From NCBI GenBank assembly GCA_963815195.1, contig CAWFGE010000021.1, positions 64,001 to 128,000 of the forward strand: a stretch of 64,000 nucleotides of DNA, written 5' to 3'. A model generated the notes under the pieces. The model was not told the origin of the DNA. It made no database searches and worked only from the letters and a program-made list of their open reading frames with translations. The position numbers and the translations under genes are program-made. Source of the DNA: an uncultured Planctomycetaceae bacterium. GTDB lineage: Bacteria > Planctomycetota > Planctomycetia > Planctomycetales > Planctomycetaceae. Below are positions 56,778-64,000 of the stretch, piece after piece (the stretch's first letter is position 1; each line of letters starts with the position of its first letter).

Positions 56778-57041
56778 GCCGCGATAATAGAACCGCCCCC
56801 GGCGTCGGGCAAGCGTTGCGCGAAGGTCGTCCCCGTTTCAGACCGCCCTGGCGGGGGATTATTACGAAGCTCCTAGTAACTTCTAAGTCGTTTCAAGGCA
56901 ATGGGTTAAAGGTCTGTCGCGTGCCAGGCCGGTGATTTTCCTCCATTTCCTCTGATGCGGAAAATCCGCACAACCGATTTCTTCATTAGAAGCGTCAAGG
57001 TTTGAGGCGGGAATCTCCGTGGGATGGAAATGGTTCGCACC

Positions 57042-58525
57042 ATGAGCGAGATGGCCCTGTTCACTCGAGGATTAAGATTTCTGTTTTCCGGAGTGCTGCT
57101 CCTGGCGGGGCTCTCGGGGTGTTACCTTCTCCCCAAGCCGCCGTCGCCGCGGCCGTCGGTCAATGCAGACCTCGTGTCCCGGACGGATTTCACCTTGGCC
57201 CCTGAGGCCGAACCCGGCCAGGTGCTGTTGCCGGACTGCGTTTTCCTGGACGATGGCGTGACCGCCGACGATGCCGTGATGGTCGCGCTGTGGAACAACG
57301 CGGCCTTTCAGGAACTCTTGGCCGGCTTGGGGCTTTCGCGCGCCGAGTTGTACAACGCCGGATTAATCCCCGATCCCATCTTGCAGAGCTTCTGGCCCAT
57401 CGGGGTGAAGCAATTGGAAAATACTTTATACCAAAGCTTCACCATGATTTGGCTTCAGCCCACTCAGAAGAAGGCGGCCCAGGCCGACCTGGACCAACTC
57501 GCCCACCAACTCGTCCAGAACGGACTGGACGTGATCCGCGACACCCGGCTCGCGCATGCGGATTGGCTGATGGCCCAGCAGCAACTGAAAGTCGCCGAAG
57601 AAATGCGGGACTTGCGGCAGGAACTGAGGCGCCTGGCCCTGCGGCGAAACGAAGCGGGGGCCATCAGCGAATTGGAAGCCGTCGCCCCGCTGCTCGACCA
57701 ACTCAACGCCGAGTCGGATATCGCCCGTCTCCAGGGAGACGTGCAGGCGGCCCGCGCTCGGCTGTTGTTTCTAATGGGCCTTCCCGAGGATGGCCGGCCT
57801 CTCGTCGCGGTGGCGGACGAATATCACCCGGTCGAAGTTCCGCCGGCGGAGGCGGTGCTGGCCGAGGCGTTCGAGGTGCGGCCCGATTTGCTCGCCGCGC
57901 GGTATGCGATGGAGGCGGCCCGCCAACGGGTCAAGCTGCAAAAACGGCAGAGCGTCACGATCGACGGCATTGCGGACTCCAACAGCCGAGGCATCAAAGG
58001 ATTTGAAATCGGTCCGGGGAACAGGTTTAGCATTCCGATCTTTAACGCGAACCACGGGAACATCGCCATCGCCGAGGCCCAGTACGAAATCGCGAAGCGG
58101 CGATACGTCACGGTCCGCAATCAAGTGCAACAGGACGTGCTCGTGGCCCGCGCCCGCCTCGCGCAGGCCTCGAACAACTTGACCCTCGTGGAAAATAAAA
58201 TCCTCCCCGCGACCCGGAACGCGTCGGAACTCGCGAAGAAAAACTTCGAAGGCGGCGGGGCGTCTTATGTGCTGACCTTGCAAACCGTCGGGCAGAACCT
58301 GACAGCTCAAACGACCAAAGCGACCTTGATGGCCGATCTCGCCCGGCGCTGGCCGAGATGGAGCGCAGCATCGGCCATCAAATCGAACTGCCGCCCGCGC
58401 CGGAGCCGATGCAAAGCGATTTGCCGCCCGCTCCAACCGAGGAAAACGCGCCGGGCACTCCGCAATCGGCCGCGCCCAACCTGCCGCCGTGCCGCCCGGT
58501 GTCGCACCGCACCGCCGGATTGTGA
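57042..58525 (+). CDS. TolC/CzcC-like outer-membrane efflux lipoprotein; apparent frameshift near 58348
   Basis: Lipobox LSGC; ALWNN, AGLIPDP, RPDLLAAR, IPIFNANHGNIA. The alternate frame gives ALAEMERSIG... ending at 58525. Start uncertain. Confidence 0.88.
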
Positions 58526-58635
58526 TAAAACAGGTCAAAGCGGGAATTCCAGTTTTCGGCCGAAGGCGTTTTTCGTCGCGGCGGCTTCCAATCGCCGCGA
58601 CGACTTAGCTTAGGACCATTCGAGAAAAAGCTGTC

Positions 58636-58720
58636 GAATTATCAGTCGGAACGCGCTAGCGTCCGGTTCTTACCGTGAACCGGGGCTAGCGCCCTGCGGC
58701 TAATAAATGCGACAATTATC
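58636..58720. repeat. REP/REPIN unit, family A
   Basis: AGTCGGAACGCGCTAGCGTCCGGTTC...GAACCGGGGCTAGCGCCCTGCGGCTAATAAATGCGACAATTAT; about 45 nt nearly identical to the reverse complement of 6168-6212. Confidence 0.8.
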
Positions 58721-58798
58721 GACCGAGCGATCCTGCGCGAATTGATCCTTCGTCCCAAACGACCCGACGGTTACAGGTCTTAGATGGGAAGGACAGCC

Positions 58799-60076
58799 AT
58801 GAAACGTATGCAGTTAATGATCGCCCTGGCGCTCGCCGTTTTCGCGGCGGGATGCGGGGCGGGACGTTCCAAGGCCAAGCCGGAGAAGACCGCCCCGGCG
58901 AAGGTCGAAGTTCATCCCAACGAGCGGGACATCTACCGCATCACGCTCACGCCCAAGGCCGAGTCCCGCTTGGGGATCCAGACGGTGCCGTTAGCCGTCA
59001 AACCGCTGCCCCGGCACCGCACGGTGGGCGGGGTGTTGATGCTTCCCGACGGGGCCTCGCTGATGGTCACCGCGCCCGTTTCGGGAACGGTGCAGATGCC
59101 GCAGTCCAGCGACACGCCGCTGCCCGGCTCCAAGCTGACTCTGGGCGAGAAAGTCTTAACGATCAACCCTCTGCTCTCGCCGGAGCGCTACGTGCCTTCG
59201 CCCGCCGAGCGCGTGCAGATGGCGAACGCCCAGGTGTCTTTGGTGACGGCTCAAGTGCAGGCGTCGGGGGACGTCAATCGCTCCGAAGAGGAGACAAAAG
59301 CCGCCCAGATCGCTTTGGCCCGGGCCGAGCGGCTCTTGAAAGACCGCGCGGGACCGGCCCAGGATGTGGACACGGCCAAGGCGCAGTTGGCGATCGCCCA
59401 GGAAGCCCTCAAAGCCGCGAACCAGCGATTGAAGGCCCTCGAAAACATCCGCCTGGACGTCGATCCCTCGCCCTCGACCGGAGCCACCAAAGACGCGAAG
59501 CCGCTGCCGATCACCGCGCCGCAATCGGGCGTGTTGCAGAACGTCTCGGTCGCGGACGGGCAATATGTCACGGCCGGGGCCGCTCTCTTTCAGATCATCA
59601 AGTTGGATACCTTATGGGTCCGCGTGCCGGTGTATGTGGGGCTGCTCGATCAGATTCAATCGTCTTCGATGGTGCAGGTGCGAATGCTCGATCAGCCGCA
59701 AACGAAATCCGTCACCGCCCAACAGATCACCGCACCGCCCACGGCCGATCCGCTCGCGGCGACGGCGGATTTGTATTTCGCGATCGCCAATCCCCACGCC
59801 GAATTTCGTCCCGGCGAACGCGTCGATGTGACCTTGCCGCTCAATACCGACGAACCGCGAAAAGTCATTCCCCGCGACGCGGTGCTCTGGGACATCCAGG
59901 GCACGAGTTGGGTCTACGTGCATTCGGGGCCGAACGAATACCGCCGGGAACGCATCTGGATTGATTTCACCACCGAGACCGAAGCCGCGCTCAAATACGG
60001 CCCCGATGCGGGGACCGAAGTCGTCACCGCCGGCGCGGCCGAATTGTTTGGCACCGAATTTGGAGCGAAAAAATGA
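58799..60076 (+). CDS. RND efflux periplasmic adaptor (CzcB/CusB-like)
   Basis: Lipoprotein signal [49 protein letters not shown]. Confidence 0.92.
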   Translation: MKRMQLMIALALAVFAAGCGAGRSKAKPEKTAPAKVEVHPNERDIYRITLTPKAESRLGIQTVPLAVKPLPRHRTVGGVLMLPDGASLMVTAPVSGTVQMPQSSDTPLPGSKLTLGEKVLTINPLLSPERYVPSPAERVQMANAQVSLVTAQVQASGDVNRSEEETKAAQIALARAERLLKDRAGPAQDVDTAKAQLAIAQEALKAANQRLKALENIRLDVDPSPSTGATKDAKPLPITAPQSGVLQNVSVADGQYVTAGAALFQIIKLDTLWVRVPVYVGLLDQIQSSSMVQVRMLDQPQTKSVTAQQITAPPTADPLAATADLYFAIANPHAEFRPGERVDVTLPLNTDEPRKVIPRDAVLWDIQGTSWVYVHSGPNEYRRERIWIDFTTETEAALKYGPDAGTEVVTAGAAELFGTEFGAKK

Positions 60077-63000
60077 CCTGGCTGGTTTCCACTTCTCTCC
60101 GGTTTCGCGTGCTGGTGTTGGCGGCGGCGATTGTGTTGATGGTCGTCGGCATTCGCACCGCGGATGACTTGCCGCTCGATGTGTTTCCCGAGTTCGCTCC
60201 GCCTCTGGTCGAAATCCAGACCGAAGCCCCCGGCTTATCGACGACCGAAGTCGAAAGCCTGGTCACCGTGCCCATCGAAAACTCCTTGAATGGCATTCCC
60301 TACGTGCAAACCGTGCGGTCCAATTCGGTGGAAGGGCTGTCTTCGGTGCGGCTGATTTTCAAGCAGGGGATGGATTTGCTCACCGCCCGGCAGCTCGTGC
60401 AGGAGCGGTTGTCGTTGAGCGCGTCGCAATTGCCCGCCGCGTCCCGGCAGCCGGTGATCCTGCCGCCCTTGTCTTCCCTGAGCCGAGCCATGAAGATCGG
60501 CCTGTCGTCGAAAACGGTTTCGCAGATGGATATGACGGTCCTCTCCAAGTGGACGATCCGCCCGCGTTTGATGGCGATTGAAGGCGTCGCCAACGTCGCG
60601 ATCTGGGGGGATTACGACCGGCAGTTTCAGGTGCTGGTCAATCCCGACCGCCTGCGGGCCAGCAACATCACGTTGAACACCGTCGTGCAATCCGTCCGGC
60701 AATCGACGGTGGTCGGCTCCGGCGGATTTCTCGACACGCCTAACCAGCGGATCGCGATCCGGCACGTCAGCCCCATTTATAATGAATCCGACCTCGAGTC
60801 CACGGTCGTCGCGCATCGCAACAACACGCCGCTCTTGTTGGGAGACGTGGCGGACGTGCGGATCGGCTCGCCCCCGCCGATCGGCGATGCGATCATCAAC
60901 GACGGCCCGGGCATTATGCTGATCGTCGAAAAGCAGCCCTGGGCGAACACGCTGGAAGTCACCCGCAACGTGGAAGCCGCGATGGAGGCCTTAAAACCGG
61001 CCCTCGGCGGCGTGGAAGTGGATACGACCATCTTCCGACCGGCCACATTCATCGAGCGGGCCCTCGACAACCTCTCGCGGTCGCTGCTCATCGGCTGTTT
61101 ATTGGTGATCGTCGTCTTGTCGCTGTTTTTGTTTGATTGGCGGGCGGCGTTGATTAGCTGCCTCGCAATTCCGCTGTCCTTGACCGCCGCGGCGATGCTG
61201 CTCTTTTATCGCGGCGGCACGATCAACACCATGGTGCTCGCCGGGCTGATTATCGCCTTGGGCGAAGTCGTGGACGATGCCATCATCGACGTGGAAAATA
61301 TTCTTCGTCGATTAAAGCTCAACCGCGAATCCGCGAATCCGCAGTCGGCGTTTCGCGTGGTGTTCGAGCGCATCGCTCGAAGTCCGCAGCGCCGTGGTGT
61401 ATGCCACGCTGATTGTCGTGTTGACGCTGCTCCCCGTGTTCTTTCTCGAAGGTCTCGCGGGCTCGTTCTTCCGGCCGCTCGCGGGGGCTTATGTGTTGGC
61501 GATCATGGCTTCGCTCGCCGTGGCGCTCACCGTGACGCCGGCGTTGTCGTTGATGCTCCTCCCCAAAGCGGCGATGCGAAGGCAAGACGCCCCGCTGACG
61601 CGGCTGCTCAAAGGCGGATATCGGCGGGTGCTGCCTTTACTCATGTCGCAGCCCGTCATCGTCGGCGGATTGACGCTCGCGGTGTTCGTCGCGGCGTGTT
61701 TTTCGGTGCCCATGTTGGGTGAAGAGCTGATGCCCAAGTTCAAGGAGACCGACTTTCTGATGCACTGGGTCGAGAAGCCGGGCATCGGGATCGATGCGAT
61801 GGACCGCGTCACCATCCGGGCCAGCAAGGAGTTGCGGGGGATCGACGGGGTGCGGAATTTCGGCTCGCACATCGGCCGAGCCGCCGCCGCCGATGAAGTC
61901 GTCGGCCCGAACTTCACCGAGCTGTGGATCAGCATCGACAACAACGAAAACTACGATGAGACGGTCGCGAAGGTCCAAGAAACCGTGGACGGCTATCCGG
62001 GGCTGTACCGCGACCTTTTGACCTATCTCACGGAGCGGATCAAAGAGGTGCTCAGCGGAGCGAGCGGTGCGGTGGTGATTCGCATCTTCGGTCCCGAACT
62101 CGACGAACTCCGGGCTAAAGCCGACGAGGTCGCCGCCGCGATCGAAGATGTCGAGGGCGTCTCAAATCTCAAGGTCGAGCAGCAAGTCCTGGTGCCGCAG
62201 GTCGTCGTGCGGTTTCGGCCGCAGGCCGCGGCGATCTTCGGCTTGACGCCGGGCGATGTGCTAAGCGCGACTTCGACCTGGATCAACGGCACCCGCGTCG
62301 GGGAGATCTATGAAGAGCAAAAAATCTTCGGCGTGGTCGTGTGGGGCGAAAAATCCGTCCGCCGGGACATCGACGCTCTGCGAAATTTGTTGATCGACAC
62401 GCCTTCCGGCGCGCAAGTGCCCCTGAAGGATGTCGCCGACATTTCCGTCGAGCCGGCTCCCAATTCCATCAAGCGCGAAGGCGCTTCCCGGCGGATCGAT
62501 GTGATCTTGAACGCCAGCGGCCGGGACTTGGGCAGCGTGGCCCGCGACGTCGAAAAAACCGTGCTGGAGAAAGTCTCTTTCGACCGCGGTTACCATCCCG
62601 AATTCCTGGGCGAATACGCCGAGGCCCAAGCCTCCCGGAAACGGCTGTTGTATTTGTCGATCGGCTCGATCGTCGGGATTCTGCTACTCCTTTACGTCGA
62701 TTTTCAATCGTGGAGACTCGTGCTGTTGATCTTTCTTGCGCTGCCGTTCGCCTTGATCGGCGGCGTAGCCGGGGCGTTTGTTTCCGGCGGCGTGATTTCG
62801 CTGGGTTCCTTGATCGGGTTTGTCACCGTCCTCGGCGTCGCGGCCCGGAATGGGATCATGCTGATCGAGCACTACCGCCATCTCCACGGCGAAGAACGCG
62901 TGCCCTTCGGGAAAGAACTCGTGCTTCGCGGCGCGGAAGAACGCTTGGCTCCGATCCTGATGACCGCCCTTACCACGGGTCTCGCGTTGGTGCCGCTCAT

Positions 63001-63172
63001 TGTCGGCGGCAACCTGCCCGGCCACGAAATCGAATACCCGATGGCCTTCGTCATCCTGGGCGGCTTGACGACTTCCACGCTTTTAAACCTCTTGGTCATC
63101 CCCCCGCTGTTCCTCCGCTTCGGCGAATCCGCTTTGCGAACCTCGCACGCCGCCGAGTCCCAAATGAGCTAA
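60073..63172 (+). CDS. Heavy-metal-type RND efflux transporter (CusA/CzcA family); apparent frameshift near 61370
   Basis: [73 protein letters not shown]. Confidence 0.93.
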
Positions 63173-63223
63173 TCCGCCACGCCCCTCCGCAAGGGAGTGT
63201 GTCTCACAAGAGTCGGTAGATTC

Positions 63224-63294
63224 GGGTGGCACGTCCCTGAGCCTCAGCGAAGGGCGTGGCCATCGCAAAGACCACGCCCTTCGTGCCTCAGGGC
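63224..63294. repeat. REP-like palindrome, family B
   Basis: CCCTGAG...CGAAGGGCGTGG / CCACGCCCTTCGTGCCTCAGGG; shared with 6868-6910. Confidence 0.8.
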
Positions 63295-63422
63295 GGAAGA
63301 ACCGAAAAATCGGCCGCACGCGTTTCTTGATGGAACGGCTTTGCAATGGACGAGGCCGGGGCGGCGGTTTATGATTTTGGTGATTGATCCTGTCCTGGAT
63401 TGCCGCTCTTTTCCGCATGATA

Positions 63423-63875
63423 ATGTCCAAACAAAACCTTCAACCCATCCAAGATGAAGTCGCGGAGCTGCGGGCTTTGATTCGCGGGGCCGGTTTGCGT
63501 TCCACCTCCGCCCGGCTGGCGGTGCTCAAGCATCTCCGCCAGGCCGATTCGCCGATCACCCATGCCGACCTCGCGGACGAGTTGGTGCCGCTGGGTTTTG
63601 ATAAAGCCACGATATTCCGCAATCTGTCCGACCTGACCGAGGCGAATCTGGTCACGCGGACGGAGTTGGGCGACCACGTCTGGCGGTTTGAAATTCGCGA
63701 TCCCGCAGATCCCAACGACGGCAAGCACCCGCACTTTGTCTGCGTGGATTGCGGCAAGGTGACCTGTTTTTCCGACATCACGTTCGGCAAAGCCACGCAG
63801 AAACGCACCGAACAAATCGGCCGCGTGACGGAGATTCTCCTCAAAGGCCATTGCCGTGAATGCGATGCCGTGTAA
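63423..63875 (+). CDS. Fur family transcriptional regulator
   Basis: AGLRSTSARLAVL, DKATIFRNL, HPHFVCVDCG, GHCREC. Confidence 0.92.
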   Translation: MSKQNLQPIQDEVAELRALIRGAGLRSTSARLAVLKHLRQADSPITHADLADELVPLGFDKATIFRNLSDLTEANLVTRTELGDHVWRFEIRDPADPNDGKHPHFVCVDCGKVTCFSDITFGKATQKRTEQIGRVTEILLKGHCRECDAV

Positions 63876-63966
63876 ATCCTCGAAACTCTCGCGGGTTGGC
63901 GGGGTTTAATCTCAAATGGCAATTACGGTTCCACTTGTGTGATTTGAAAAAGGACAGGGGATTCTC

Positions 63967-64000
63967 ATGAAACGGCATTGGACGATTGGCATTTGTGCCC
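63967..64000 (+). CDS. Probable start of a CDS running off the window (MKRHWTIGICA...)
   Basis: AGGGG upstream of the ATG; signal-peptide-like beginning; only 11 codons visible. Confidence 0.35.
   Translation, partial: MKRHWTIGICA

Noticed and set aside
1..64000. Frameshifts in about 15 genes as mass pseudogenisation or programmed frameshifting
   Set aside because: They are scattered apparent single indels that hit conserved genes (uvrA, RND pump, secretin) whose motifs are otherwise intact. I saw no shared slippery motif. Uncorrected long-read error is the simplest explanation, and read polishing would settle it.

Overview
GC-rich bacterial DNA, most likely from a Planctomycetota (Planctomycetaceae-like) genome. 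This rests on a LEPR-XLL/Planc_extracel signal, a planctomycete-type ECF sigma factor paired with a Ser/Thr kinase, a PEP-CTERM protein and a sulfatase. About 15 genes carry apparent single-indel frameshifts, most simply explained as uncorrected long-read errors. Core-type genes occupy 1-32 kb: a POTRA protein, a creatininase/SSS pair, smpB, a ~1400-aa conserved hypothetical, aldose epimerase, P450, a GT39-like protein, HDAC, DinB, a 32-aa bL37-like ribosomal protein missed by the ORF track, a GlcNAc-kinase-family gene, an Sfp PPTase and uvrA. An accessory block at ~32-47 kb holds a GIY-YIG/DUF4357 nuclease and the most interesting locus. That locus is a ~2900-aa repeat-rich surface protein ending in a dockerin, followed by a small PEP-CTERM protein with a cohesin-like pattern, both divergent from the ECF/kinase pair. 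Next come a partial Tad/Flp pilus locus with long structured intergenic leaders, a sulfatase, comB, a CzcCBA-type RND efflux operon and a Fur-family regulator. Several families of REP-like palindromes are dispersed through the window, and one lies inside an insertion that splits a GNAT pseudogene next to an integrase remnant. No rRNA, tRNA, tmRNA or CRISPR array was recognised. All domain calls come from motif recognition by eye, not from database searches.
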